Positions 24,399 to 38,550 are shown, counted from the first letter of the stretch. The stretch: DNA of 64,000 bases from Octopus sinensis (GCF_006345805.1 NC_043010.1:35836001-35900000), one strand, 5' to 3'. The notes: generated by a model not told the origin, from the sequence alone. A program made the numbers and translations.

Positions 24399-26103
24399 AG
24401 TAGTAGTGGTAATAGTAGTGGTGGTGGGGTGAGTGGAAATGATGACAGTTATGTTCGTGGTAGCAGTAGTCGTGGAGGTGCTGATATTGCGGTTGTTGTT
24501 GTTATTTTGTTGTTTAACTCCGGAGCGATAAGGCACCTGGCTTAGCGGTTAGAGTATTCGGATCACGATCGTAAGGTTGTGAGATCGATTTCCAGCGACA
24601 CTTTGTCTTTGAGCAACGCACTTTATTTCACGTTGCGCTCCAGTCCATTCAGTTGACAAAAATGAGCTGTACATGTAATTCAAAGGGCCGGCCTTGTCAT
24701 ATTTTGTGTCACGCTGGATCTCCACGACAGCTATGTGAACGGTACGAGTGTCTGTGGAGTACTCAGCCACATGCAAGTTAATTTCACGAGCAGGCTGTTC
24801 CGTTGATCGGATCAACTGGTACCTTCGTCGTTGTAACTGACGGAGCACCAGATGTAACAGCTCCTGAATGAGAGAGAGAAAGAGTGAGTGAGTGAAAGAA
24901 ACACCAAACCGGTTAATGTCAAGTAAGTCAGCGTCGAATCAGCGATGCCAAACAGGCGGCACCAAAATGGCTATGCCAAAACGTCTCGTAACCTTCAGGA
25001 TATGCATCCATCTCAACAGTTTTATTAGATTCAGTATAGAATGTCCACAACAAAATAATACGAGACTTTTAAATAGTATTGCTCATTGAACAACCAGGAA
25101 TAAACAAACAAGATAATGAAAAAAAAATCAAATGAATTTATCGAAGCAGAACATAGTAATACCTATTTCTTTACTACCCACAAGGGGGTAAACATAAAGG
25201 GGACAAACAAGGACAGACAAAGGGATTAAGTCGATTAGATCAACCCCAATGCGTAACTGGTACTTAATTTATCGACCTCGAAAGGATGAAAGGCAAAGTC
25301 GACCTCGGCGGAATTTGAACTCAGAACGTAACGGCAGACGAAATACGGCTGTGCATTTCGCCCGGCGTGCTAACGTTTCTGCCAGTTCACCGCCTTTATA
25401 ATTTATATAATTTATAATACCGTTTATAAGTTAACATGATGTGTAGGTGTTTCTATGCAAGAGGATGTTAAAGGTTAAAGATAGGATATAGTGGTTTATG
25501 GTTGGATGTATCTATCTACACGCCTGAAGGATTTAGGCTATCGACAAAACACTGGCCGGGCACTCTCTCAGTTTTAACTCTTTAACTGCGAAATCAAATT
25601 TTATGGTCATTCCAGTAATGATGCTAAAATAGAGCATCCATTAAAATAGAGAGGTACCTTTTGCAAGTCATGTTGTCTCAATAAACTTGATATATCTCAA
25701 CAAAACTAGTTTCAAACATAAAATTCCCCTGCAAAAAAGATAGGCTGGTGTATAAAACTGCTTTCCCGAGTTAAAATTATGACATTTTTAGTGGACATAT
25801 GTGCTTGACAAAGTAAAAGGTTTAATACTCAGTTTTGTCTCCTACACGGGAAACTGAGCTCATGACCTTACTATCGACATCCAAGTTGACTAACCACTAA
25901 ACCATGCACTTTCTCGTAAAAAAAAAGGCAGCTTTCTTTTCATTCTTATTATCATATAATAAGAGTAATCTTTAATTTTATGGCAAAGTGGGCATCATCA
26001 AAGTTAATGTAGTGAAACAAAGAACATAGATTAGATCTGCAGTGATCTATCTATATATCTATCTATCTATCTATCTTATCTATTCTATCTATCTATCTAT
26101 CTA

Positions 26104-26188
<85 letters not shown>

Positions 26189-26362
26189 CAAATTGAGATA
26201 GGGGTTGTGAGTGCAACCCACCATGGGATACATATATCCAATATACTGCCAGTAAAACAAAAGCACCCAACAAAGTTAATACATAATGTTAAGAATTGCG
26301 ATGCAATTAAATTCATTATTGTATTATATGAGAAAAGGTAAAATGTTTTACCACAAATTAAT

Positions 26363-26900
26363 AATACAAAATAAGAAAATGGAGAAATACACCTAATCAA
26401 TAATCAACTACCAGATAATACCAATCACATAATTTATTAAACCACTACATATGAACATCAAGGTCTGGTAGTTGATTATTGATTAAGGTGTATTTTCCAT
26501 GCTTATTTTGTATTCCTTCTTATCTTGTTCTCCTTGTCCTGTCTCTCACTGTTATATATTTATTTTTCACTGTTATATATATATTTTTTATGTTATATGT
26601 TTGTACTGTCGTTACCGTCTTGTTTTTTTACCCCTCTGCGAAAAGATCTCAGAATTTTAATTGATTTGCTTTTCGCAGGAAGGAAGTTTTCTTCGAAGTA
26701 TACGTCTCGCTTTTATCTCGAAACGTTTAGTGGATGCACCTTAGCGACTGAAGAAGGGATTTTCGTTGTGCTTATTGTCCTGTATCTCTTTTTTTGCTTG
26801 TCTTGTTCCTTGGTTTGTGGTCTATGTTTTCGTCTCTCTATGTGTTCGACGCTTTTGGTGTCCTGTACACATAATGCTGTATATGTACATGTAGAGTAGG
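26363..26900 (+). mobile_element. Probable Penelope-like pseudo-LTR with 5' inverted segment
   Basis: Homologous in reverse to 36965-37350. Contains cgaaacgt and ctgaagaagg motifs. 26363-26415 is an inverted copy of 26464-26514. Confidence 0.5.
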
Positions 26901-27498
26901 TACGTACATATATGTTTATATATATGCATATGTTATATTATATAACATATATATATATATATTAATGTGTGCATATGTGGTCGAATTGAGCTGAAAATAT
27001 GAACACCTATGTTAAAAGTTAGCATGCATAGCAACTTTGAGTTTGCTCAAGTGAAATGCATGGCCTCTAAGGTAAAATTCCTCATCTTTTAAAATGTGCT
27101 TCGCGTAGACCAGAATGAAATCGGGTTATAATACCGGAACAAGTAAAACATTAATAAACTATTTTAATCACGAGCAAGGCCGATATATGTCTAATCTATA
27201 AAATGAAGAAGGCGAACGTTGATAAAACATTGGATTTTTATGTAAAAAGGGGTCTAAACGGGGCTGGAAGTGGATTAAAATTTACAGGAGGGGGTAAATT
27301 GAGGTGAGAAATTGATTGGCAGACGTTCTGGGGCGCTACAGAGGTTGCTATGGTGTAATACGGGGATTTTATTGATTTTGGGGGACACTTGGGGGTCTAG
27401 ATTTGACACTTTTCGCCAGATTTCAATCTAATTTTCCACATGGCAAAGTGGAAGCGGATTTGTAATTTAAGCGCGGAAATCTAATTTTTAATAAATGG

Positions 27499-27563
<65 letters not shown>

Positions 27564-27612
27564 GTAGATAGAGAAAGATAGCGAGTAAAAGAAAGCGAGC
27601 TAGAGTCCGAGA

Positions 27613-27986
27613 GAACCGCTAGGTTATTTTATCTATATCCTTTGTCGAACAGCTAAGTTATTTTATCTATATCCTTTGGCGAAGCGCAAAGTTATTTTAT
27701 CGATTCGTTTGGCGACCCGCTAAGTCATTTTATCGATCTTGTTTGGCGAACCGCTAGGTTATTTTATCGATCTGGTTTGGCGAACCACTAGTTACTTTAT
27801 CGATCTCGTTTGGCGAAAGGCTAGGTTATTTTATCGATCGCCTTTGGCGAACTGCTAAGATATTTTATCGAACTCGATTGGCGAACCCCTAAGTTATTTT
27901 ATCGATAACGTTTGGCGAACCGCTAAGTTATTTTATTGATATCCTTTGGCGAGCCGCTAAGTTATTTTATTGATCGCATTTGGCAA
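27613..27986. repeat. Minisatellite, 11 x 34-bp unit GAACCGCTAAGTTATTTTATCGATCTCGTTTGGC, SINE-B derived
   Basis: Eleven consecutive units counted. The unit is a permutation of SINE-B ttattctatcggtctcttttgccgaaccgctaagtta. Confidence 0.92.
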
Positions 27987-28682
27987 ACTTCATGAGCAAT
28001 ACCGATATAGTTACCACCACAAATCATCAGCGTGACCACCATTACCACCAATCCCGCTAACATTATAATCATCACCACCACCAATTAACGTCGTCATTTT
28101 ATCACGACCATCACTGGCATTACTGTCAACGCTACTACCGCCATACCATCATCGTTGTCATCGTCGTCGTCGTCATCATCATCATCGCCCTCGTCGTCAT
28201 CATCATCATCGTTGTCGTCGTCACCACAACTGTCATTCTCCATCATCACCATTACGACTACCACCACAATCGTCATCATCAGCATCTTATCATCATCATC
28301 ATCATCATCATCATCATTATCCACATCTCATCGTCATCATCATCCGCAGCAGCAGCAGCATCTTATCATCATCATCATCATCTTCATCATCACCATCATC
28401 TTCGTCGTCATCAATATTATCGTCATCATTATCATCATCCTCACCACCACAACCACCATCATCATCATCCACATCTCATCATCATCATCATCCGCAGCAG
28501 CATCTTATCATCATCAACATCATCTTCATCATCACCATTATCCTCGTCGTCATCAATATTATCGTCATCATTATCATCATCCTCACCACCACAACCACCA
28601 TCATCATCAACACCACTATCACCATCATCGTCATCACCATCATCACCACCACCGTGACCTCCAGTCTAACAGCGTGTAACTT

Positions 28683-28720
<38 letters not shown>

Positions 28721-29306
28721 TCTCTCTGAGCACCTGTTTAAATAAGTATGGAAAGTTGTTTATTTTCAGACATAAGATGTAAATCGTGGGGCTGGCAAGG
28801 AGACGGGGCTGGCAAGGAGACGGGGCGGGGGTGTGATTGGTAGGAGGGAGTTACGACGATGCTGATAGCAGTGGATGTAGTTATGGTGGTGGCGGAGGCG
28901 GTGGTATTTTGCAGGATCGGTGTGTAAGTGCGACGGAGAGAAAGTAAACATATACCCACCTACCACCACTACCCACACCACACGTGTGTATGCGTGTATT
29001 GTGTGTATATGTGCGTACTTGTTTTGGCACACACACTCTCACACACAAATATATAAATACATATATATATATGCATATATATACATATGCATATATATAC
29101 ATATGCATATATATACATATACATATGCATATATATATATATTCTTTTATTATTTTAGTTGTTTCAGTCATTTGATTGCGGTCATGCTGGAGTACAGCCT
29201 TTAAACGAAAGCATCGACCCCACAATTTATACTTTGTAAGCTTGGTACTTATTCTATCGGTTTCTTTTGCCGAACTGCTAAATTTCAGGGACGTAAACAC
29301 ATACAA

Positions 29307-29359
<53 letters not shown>

Positions 29360-29813
29360 CGACGGGCTTCTTTCAGTTTCCGTCAATCAATTCCACTCAG
29401 AAGGCTTTGGTCGGCTCGAGGTTATAGTAGAAAACACTTGCCCAAGGTGCCATGCAGTGGGACTGAACCCTGAACATTATGGTTGGTAAGCAAGCTACTT
29501 ACCACACACCCACTTCTGCGCCTATGTATGTATCTATATATATATATATATGTGTGTTGTGGTGTGTGTGTGTGTGTGGTGTGTGTGTGTGTGTGTGTGT
29601 GGTGCGTGAGCGTGTGGGTGTGTGTGTATGTATATATATATAATCCATACATATATACATATATATATATGTATATGTATATATACATATAATTATATGT
29701 ATATGTATAATATATATATATATATTATATATTATATATATATATTATTATGATGTACAGAGAGAGAAAGAGAGAGACACACACATATATATTTATGTAC
29801 TTCTGTATGCACG

Positions 29814-29864
<51 letters not shown>

Positions 29865-30134
29865 CATGAAATTTATGCATGTGTATTTGCGGGGCTGTGT
29901 GACGGAGAACGGTTACAAAACGTTTATTGGGGCAGGTGCAGAGTAGACAACACTCTCTCTTAGTGTTTTCTTCGCTGTTAAAAGTTTAAACAAAACAAAC
30001 ATGGCGTCGATGACGTACAGGAGTTAAGGGTCTTCAACGTATGGACCTGTGTGTGGTGTGCCCGGGTGCTGAGTTGGACGAACCGAGGGCTTTGTAATGG
30101 GAGGCAACTGATAGATTGGTTGGTGTATGTATGC

Positions 30135-30167
<33 letters not shown>

Positions 30168-30235
30168 TGTATGTATGTATGTATGTATGTATGTATGTAT
30201 GTATGTATGTATGTATGTATGCATGTATGTATGTA

Positions 30236-30266
<31 letters not shown>

Positions 30267-30276
30267 ATGTATGTTA

Positions 30277-30311
<35 letters not shown>

Positions 30312-30560
30312 ATGTATGTGGACTTCGTGTTTGTGTGTGTATGTGTGTATATATATAGATATATATACGTATATATATATTTGCATATATACATATGTAC
30401 ATATATACATGCATATACATATATGTATATATATATATATATGTCTATATACTTACGTACATATACACACATTATTTGTCTCTCACTCTCCTTCACACAT
30501 CCACACACACACATACGCGCGCTAACACACACAAAGAAACAGTGTTAGATGGGTGAATAT

Positions 30561-30625
<65 letters not shown>

Positions 30626-30651
30626 TATAATACATATATATATATAGATAT

Positions 30652-30689
<38 letters not shown>

Positions 30690-31228
30690 TGTGAACAGAC
30701 AGTCAGGCAGATAGATATACAGAGAGGTAGATCGAAAGAGGGTTAGACACATACATAATACATACACAGATATGCAAATAAATAAATAAAAACAAGGCGA
30801 AGCCCCAGCATGGCCGCAGTCTAACGACTGAAACAAGCATAAGAATAAAAGAATAAATGAATAAATAAATAAATTGCTCGATTTACTGGCGAGGCACTTG
30901 GTCACCACCCACCATCACTGACTGTACCCTAATCAGCTTATTAAACAAACAGCAATAGCGAGAAAACGTTGGTGTGAATTGAAATGTCAAGTTGACAATT
31001 GAGCAGACATACACAGTTTTGTAAGGAAAAACTGTGCGGCTCACATTTAAGTAATGTTAATGTTATGTTTTCGTTGCTTGGATTTGTTAGTCTTGTAAAC
31101 TGTGCCCCAATCGTTTGGTGATTCCTTCGCTGAGGTGTTTATAGGAGTTTGTTGTTGGTTTCACGTGAAATAAAGTGTTAGTGGTGTTGGTGTCGGTGGT
31201 GGTAGTAGTAGTAGTAGTGGTGGTGGTG

Positions 31229-31314
<86 letters not shown>

Positions 31315-33119
31315 TCTAATGGGAAGACTGAGGTGACTTTTATAGGCGTTCTGCTGCCCTTGTTTTTAAGAGTTCAAAACGCAATCCCGAATGAACAAGG
31401 GGGGGGAAGACCCCACCACCATCACCACCACCACCACCAAAAAGTGTGTGTGTGTGTGTGTGTTTGTACGGAGGGGAGTGTAGATTTCGTGTCGAGCTCT
31501 TAAGTTTTAACTGCTTCAAACGAACGGAACCTCTAAGTGGTTGTTTGACATGCTAGAAAGGGAGCAGTCAAATATATTTGAAAACGTGTAAAGAAGAAAA
31601 ATAACGAAAACACACGCACACAAACAAAAATACAAGAGAAATTTCCCCAAAGTGGGGGAGACCTCCAACGGCTATTCGTAGAAAATTTCCAAAACCCCAC
31701 CACCCTAGAATAGTAAGGTATAAACGAACTGCTCTCGCCTGTCCTTCACCAATCTACAGGCAGGTGCTCACATAGGCCTCTTTCACTTGAACCATGTTTG
31801 TCATTTGCATCCACCTTTCAACAAATTCGCTGGGAGGAAACACTTTCCTTCCACCCTAAATTTCCTGTTCAAAGGAAACTTGAAAAATTTGATGACGACT
31901 TGGTTGAAGAAGAAGGAGTCTCTCTTCAGCCCTTTCAATTTTGTCCACCATTCAACCTCTTCTGCCAAAGTCGCCAGGTAAATAGAATCCACCTGCTCTT
32001 ACTGGTAAAAGGAAGGTGGTGGAATGGACTCAGCTGATAATCGGAACTATCTTACACGTGACTGCAACTTCTCAAGATATCTCCACAAATCGGCAATGCT
32101 CAGCATTGGACGAGAGCACGCAGGACGGTTCCGTTGTCTTTGAGCACATCTCAGACATGCCTGATGATGACACTTGCGTTTCTGCAAAGTTCATCTGGAA
32201 TTGGCATTTGTGGTTACATATTAATGGAATAGCTACCAGAAGGTTCAGTCATTGTTACGTTGTGGTGGCTTGTTTGTCTCAATGATTTTGAGAACCATGC
32301 CAGTGATGGGCAAGCTTCTGGTAGGGCTCTCATGCTGGACAGGTCAATGGATAAAGATCTTTCCCAAGTCATATAGACTATAGGGCTGATTTCCCGGTTT
32401 CCGTAGTGCGTATATTTTCCCATGAGCGGGATACCGGCCAGTCAAAGGATCACTCGTTTTTGCCAGCTGAGTGGACTGGAGCAACACAATGCATCGGCTC
32501 GATCCAGGAATCAAAACCAAAATCTTACGACCATAAGTCCAACGTCTTAACCACTAAGCCACGGACCTCCACTCAAAGGATAAAGGCTAGACTAATACGG
32601 ACCGCCTTTTCTAGCAGATCAAGCAACCACATACTAGCTCCTTTATTTGGTGACATTCTGGTGTTATATTTTCAGAGAAGATCTATACAAATGACTACAT
32701 TGACTGGATATCACACAAGAAACACAAGGGATGATAGCTTGTACTCTGTCGATATAAGTGCATTATGTTTGTGACCGAAAACATTGAACTCTCTAAACGG
32801 TCTCGTCCATGTAGCTTGAAAATAGATCTCGTGATGTACCTGAAACACAATTCTGTAAGCAGCAGTGGGATACTCTGTTGAGAACGAATGTTTCATGTTA
32901 GCTTGCAGAGGAATGCTACTTATGGTTGTTGAAGGTAGCCACAAGCAGCAGCTGCTGTTGCTTCTTCTTCTTCCAATCAGGATTCACGCCATTAGCCAAA
33001 AAGAATAATCTCTAATTCGAGCCCACTCTAAGCTACTAAGAATGCATGCGGCAACTTGAAGATGCACCCACCACACGTGATAGACAGGCGGTTGCACGGA
33101 CGCGAAAGCTACGTTGTTA

Positions 33120-33445
33120 TCCTCATTCCGTAAAAGGTGGCTTTTAACGGGTGGAGAGCTGAACCATCCTGGGGTACAGGATCTGAAAGTTTACCACACC
33201 ATAGTGGCTTACACCATGGTTCCTCTACTTTGTGGCAGAAGTAGGAAGAAAGAGTGAGAGAAAGTTGTGGTGAAAGAGTACAGCGGGGTTCACCACCACC
33301 CCATGCCGAAGTCTCGTGGAGCTTAGGTATTTTGCTCAATAAATATTCACAATGCCCAGACCGGGAATCGAAACAGCGTTCTTACTACCGCGAGTCCGCT
33401 GCCCGCTGCCCGCTGCCCTAACCACTGGGCGATTGCGCCTCCTCA
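33120..33445 (-). mobile_element. tRNA-headed SINE-like element (family D)
   Basis: Minus-strand head gaggaggcgcaatcgcccagtggttagggcagc...gtttcgattcccggtc has A- and B-box-like motifs, with a local gctgccc triplication. Confidence 0.55.
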
Positions 33446-34560
33446 AAGACACTTGTTCAAGATGTTACACCATAACCAGATGGTTGGAAGCAAACTTTTT
33501 ACCACATGGCCACTACTGCTGTTGTTGCTGTTGTTGCAGCTACTGTTGTTTGACTCCAAGTCAACCCTCATCGATCAGATCATATGATAATGACATTCCA
33601 ACCGTGAACATTCCGTTCGTTTCTCGTCCTTTACGTATTTAGAAATACATTGTATAATGTGACTCACTTTTTTTTTCAAGACAGCAGAATGTGACTTAAA
33701 CTAGATGCAGCTACTATTTCTAGAAAGCATAGTGGTTTCATGTCCCACTTACGAACAGTGTATGAGATGTGTGATTACTACTGTGCCACGATTAATCAGT
33801 GTTCTCACCTTAAGCTCATCCTACGACCATCAAACAGAAGGCGGTTATACTCAGGTCTCCTCTCCGGGCCGCTCCCCGACGGATCGCCAGCGACCAGACT
33901 TCGTGCAAGTGCGCGCATGTGTGCGTCTTTATGTTATTCGAGCCGCACGCCTGCGCCGTTCGGTGAATGCCACCAGGCTCGCGACACCTGTATAACACAC
34001 ACCGCTTTGAGCATGGGTCGCCCGTCTTTCGCCGCCGACCCAAGACGAGGACCGAGGTGTAGATGACGAATCGACAGTGAGCAAAGTTATGCGCACAGTG
34101 ACTATCGCACTTCTGACGGTTCCAGAAGACTGTCAAGGGATATGCGGACGAAGTCGCGAGCCGTCAACCAAAGACCCAAAAAGCTAACAAAGGACCCTCC
34201 ACAAGGTGGTTCGAGAAATAACAGTCAATTTTTTTTTCCGAAGAAAAGGAACAGAATGGTTACTAGTGGAATACTTTGATCGTAGACCAGCTTGATAAGG
34301 TCTTGTCTGAGGATTAACAACTATGACAACCAACAAGCAAAGCAGAGATCATCGACATCATCGCTCAACCTGTCAAACACTTTATATACTATAGAAAAAG
34401 CCATGTTACCGTCTCTACTCACGATGCTACTTGGGCTTTTAGTGTAACCCGGTTAGTTGATCCTGTATAAATTTCTATTGAATAATTTGCACCTACCCCA
34501 GTAGGCATGTATATAGTTGGTATATTTGTAAAGATTTAAATTAAGACGAAAAACAACAAC

Positions 34561-34566
34561 AAAAAA
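34561..34566 (-). terminator. Pol III terminator (T6) of tRNA-iMet
   Basis: A6 on the plus strand, i.e. T6 about 13 nt downstream of the tRNA 3' end on the minus strand. Confidence 0.7.
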
Positions 34567-34579
34567 TAGTATTACTTCT

Positions 34580-34651
34580 TAGCAGAGCGTAGTTTCGATC
34601 TACGGACCTCTGGGTTATGGGCCCAGCACGCTTCCACTGCGCCACTCTGCT
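34580..34651 (-). tRNA. tRNA-iMet (initiator, anticodon CAT)
   Basis: Minus strand reads AGCAGAGTGGCGCAGTGGAAGCGTGCTGGGCCCATAACCCAGAGGTCCGTAGATCGAAACTACGCTCTGCTA. It has a 7-bp acceptor stem with A1:U72, anticodon stem CTGGG/CCCAG with loop CCCATAA, T-stem CGTAG/CTACG and the initiator-type T-loop ATCGAAA. Confidence 0.97.
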
Positions 34652-34814
34652 CGACGAGATATTAAGTAAATACATATTATATAATACATGATTTCCTTTA
34701 GTGTCTATTTTGGAGTATATGATTTCTCTTACATCATTCCAAGATGGAAAATAATGTTTGTCTTTGTATACTTTCACTTTATATTTGAAAAGTTATATTT
34801 GTATTCTACTGTGA

Positions 34815-35122
34815 AGGGACGTGGCTCAGTGGTTAGGGCATTCGATTCAATTCGTGAGTTCATTTCCCGGCGACGCATTGTGTCCTTCAGCAAGACACTT
34901 TATTTCGTGTTGCTCCAGTCCACTCAGCTGGCAAAAATGAGTAGTACCTGTATTTCAAAGGGCCAGCCTTGTCACACTCTGTGTCACGCTGAATCTCTCT
35001 GAGAACTACGTTAAGGGTACGCGTGTCTGTGGAATACTCATCCACTTGCACGTTAATTTCACGAGCAACGTGTTCTGTTGATCGTATCAGCTGGGACCCT
35101 CGTCGTCGTAACCGACGGAGTT
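34815..35122 (+). mobile_element. SINE family C, with TSD tattctact. Other copies: 24530-24850 +, 42194-42500 -, 62926-63243 -, degenerate 12965-13128 -
   Basis: Head gtggctcagtggttagggcattcg...gttcgattcccgg, then gtccttgagcaagacactttatttcacgttgctccagtccactcagctggcaaaaatgagta, tail ...cctcgtcgtcgtaaccgacggag. Confidence 0.9.
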
Positions 35123-35199
35123 CTCCTTATATTCTACTATTTTTTTAAACTGCAAAGTCTTTTATCAGTTCCTCGTACGTAGAGATAAAGCATCCCGAA

Positions 35200-35455
35200 T
35201 ATTATTTTAGCAAGTTTAAAGCACCATCCGTGGGTGGCTGTTTGCCAGCTCCGTCTGGCACCGGTGCGGGTGGCACGTAAAAAGCACCCACTATACTCAC
35301 GGAGTGGTTGGCGTTAGGAAGGGCATCCAGCCGTAGAAACACTGCCAGATCAGACTGGGCCTGATGCAGCCTTCTGGTTTCACAGACCCCAGTTGAACCG
35401 TCCAACCCATGCTAGCATGGAAAGCGGACGCTAAATGATGATGATGATGATGAAA
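35200..35455 (+). mobile_element. SINE or LINE 3'-end family E with (GAT)n tail
   Basis: ggttggcgttaggaagggcatccagccgtagaaac...ccaacccatgctagcatggaaagcggacg followed by (atg)n. Confidence 0.55.
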
Positions 35456-36105
35456 GTGATTTCTTTTGTGCTGTAGGCCATTTACATTTTTATACTACCC
35501 CTCCCCCGCTTACCTTAATGCCCTAAGCACGTACTTATTTTGCTTAATGGTAAACCAGTGCTGGTGCCCATACTCAGGGAGTTCCATTTGACAAACCTTA
35601 TGCATATGTCTATGCATTGCAAATTTTTCTGGATGTCTCTTCGTTTGCAGTTTTCAAATCAACCAGAAGCAATTCTCTAGGTGTTTCCCCAGCGCCCCAT
35701 AGCTAGCGAGTTAGTTAGTCTCAGTCTACTCTTTTAGAAAGAAAGACATTTTGGCTTAAATCAATTCTAAATATAATCTGTCACAATAAAAGACAGGATA
35801 AGTGATGGCTGGAATGTTTCTGACAACAAGTTTTCTCTATGATAGATGACCTAGGGCTAAGCAACAAGAAAAAAAAAACAACAAAAAACAAAATCAACAA
35901 AAGGTGTAAGGCATAGCTATGTAGTTAAGAAGTTCGCTTTGCAACCGCATAACTGCGGGTTCAGTTCCTCCACGCGGCATCTTCGAAACTGTGTAGAAGC
36001 CTGTCCTATATATGTGTGTATTTGTATGCATGTAAGTGTGTGCGTGTGTGTGTGTGTGTGTGCGTGCGTGTATGTGTGTGTGTGTTGTGTGTGTGTGTGC
36101 GTGCG

Positions 36106-36179
<74 letters not shown>

Positions 36180-36653
36180 TGTGTGTTCCACCTCTTGACA
36201 ATAGGTGTTTGTTTACTTACGTCTCCGCACGTCAGCGGTTTCGGCAAAAGGCCTCCCCGATTGTAACTTTACATTTTCTTCCAAAGAATATTTTTCTAAC
36301 CTCTAACATAATTGAATGAAGAATGAAATTATTTGTACCATCCAAGATGGCGGGTAGACACAGACATGTAATTGATAAGAACTCAGTGATGGCTTGAGCA
36401 AGTATTTGAGCTAACGCTAGCATATTGTGTATAATGCTAGAATAATGTTTAATTTTGTAGATAGGAAATCGATGAAATCAGGCCTGGAAGGGCGGAAAGC
36501 AATGGTACATCGTCGAGACTTGAACTCAAAATCTAAAGAAGTGAAACCAATACCGTAAGGTATTTGTTCGTCGCTCTGACAATTTTGCCAGTTCTCTTCG
36601 TCTATAAATATAGAAAATCAGATAAACAGACAGGCAGGTGGAAAAATAGATAA

Positions 36654-36730
<77 letters not shown>

Positions 36731-36735
36731 CAGAC

Positions 36736-36806
<71 letters not shown>

Positions 36807-36964
36807 AAAAGATAGAAAGACAAACAGACAGGTAGACTGAAAGATAGGTAGGTAGGTAGGTAGGTAGGTAGGTAAGTAGGCATGCAGGTAGACAGACGGA
36901 TGGATGGATGAGTGGATATATATAATATTAATAAATAAAACATATGCATATATATATACATACA

Positions 36965-37350
36965 TGTACGTACCTACCTCTACATGTATATATACACGCA
37001 TATATGAGTACAGGACACCAAAAAAACGTCGAACACAATGAGAAACGAAAACATAGACACAAACCCAAGGAACTGGACATTTTTTAAACAACAAAAAAAT
37101 AGGGTACAGGACAATTAACACAAAGAAAAAACCCCTTCTTCAGTCGCCATGGTTTCATCTACTCTACGTTTCGAAAGTGAAGGCGAGACGTATCTTCGAT
37201 AAGAAACATTCCTTCCTGCGAAAAGCAAATCAATTAAAATTTGAGATCTTTTTGCAGAGGGGTAAAAATGGTAACAAAACCAGGACAGTAACGACAGTAC
37301 AATATATAAGCAGTAAAAGACAGGACAAGGAAAAACAAGATAAGAAGGGC
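36965..37350 (-). mobile_element. Second copy of the 26515-26900 repeat, embedded in (GATA)n/(GACA)n
   Basis: Reverse-complement homology, e.g. cttcttcagtcg...acgtttcga...gcgagacgtat...cctgcgaaaagcaaatcaattaaaat...gagatctttt.gcagaggggtaaaa. Confidence 0.75.
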
Positions 37351-37364
37351 TGTTAATATATAGA

Positions 37365-37509
<145 letters not shown>

Positions 37510-38286
37510 GGAAAGACATGTGGCCAGAGGTGTTAATAGTTTAAAGTTTCTAATTGAACACACTCATGCACACATAATATATTTATATAAGTTCGAAAAT
37601 GTGTGTGTGTGTGTGTGATGTTTGCTGGTATGAATGTGTACATGTGCGATGTTTTTATTGGGTTGCTCGCTAGATGGTGTTAGAACAAACACGTTAAGCT
37701 GTTTTATTGCTGTTGTTGTTGTTGTCGCTGCTGTTGTAGACTTTATTGTATAAAAAAAGAATGAACGCGCTCAGCCTGTGTTGGTATTTATCCGGAAGCC
37801 ACCTCGCTGTTTGGTGAGCCAAAACATGTTCATACGATGCTGTTACACAGCCAGAAGCCTTCTTGCAATCACAAACATGATCCAACAACAGAAGAATAGA
37901 AACACCAGCAGCAACTACAACAACAGTGGTATCTCTAAGCAAGCCTGTCTGAGATTTCCGCTTTTGCTGGAAGGTGCTTCCCTCCCATATACCTCCACAC
38001 TCTTCCTCCCTTATACCTCCACACTCTTCCTCCCTTTTTCGTCTACATTTATTATTTTATACCTGCATGTTTTAAGTCATTCGTTAAAAAGCGCATGGGG
38101 GAAAATGAAAAAAGAAATTAATAAAATAAACAGGAAAAGAAAAAAAATTGTAAGAAATGTGTCGTAAAATATACAACCTGAAGTCTTCTTTTCGTGATTT
38201 ATTTTGCTTGGTTTTGTTCTTCATTTTGTTTTATTGCTCTGTTGTTATACCGATTTTGTGTCCGTTTTTCATTTTCTACTGATATA

Positions 38287-38550
38287 CAGTGGAACTTCGG
38301 TTTACGAACGCCTCTCACCACGAACAAATCGGTTTACGAACAACCTTTCGAATATAAAACGTCTCGAGTGACGAACGGTGTCACGAGTAACGAATACACG
38401 CAGGCAACGGTTGGAGACAAGCTGGGAGTATCAGCGGGAGGGTGTCAGTTACTGATTCGCTTTTGCTCAGGATACAACCCTACTCGAATTCGCCGTGCTT
38501 TCTCTTGAATTTCAAATGGGAAAAATAGTTTCGGTTTCCGAACAATTTTG
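38287..38550 (+). mobile_element. Tigger/pogo-like element, left end only
   Basis: TA|CAGTGGAACTTCGGTTTACGAAC with repeated ggtttacgaac subterminal motifs. No right TIR found. Confidence 0.6.

Noticed and set aside
26725-26765. GAAAC...CTGAAGA as a type II hammerhead (also at about 37135-37175, minus)
   Set aside because: Stems I and II do not pair convincingly in either copy.
27613-27986. CRISPR-like appearance of constant and variable blocks
   Set aside because: The variable parts are only a few nt and homologous between units. There are no unique spacers and no cas genes, the context is eukaryotic, and the unit derives from a SINE.
28322-28613. ~145-bp tandem duplication in the CAT-rich tract, and small duplications at 28790-28830, 37980-38035 and 39140-39300
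   Set aside because: Real, but ordinary slippage or unequal-exchange products in low-complexity or decayed repeat DNA.
31700-32330. Possible LINE or host coding fragment
   Set aside because: Higher complexity, but no frame gave a recognisable motif and all contain stops. Left unassigned.
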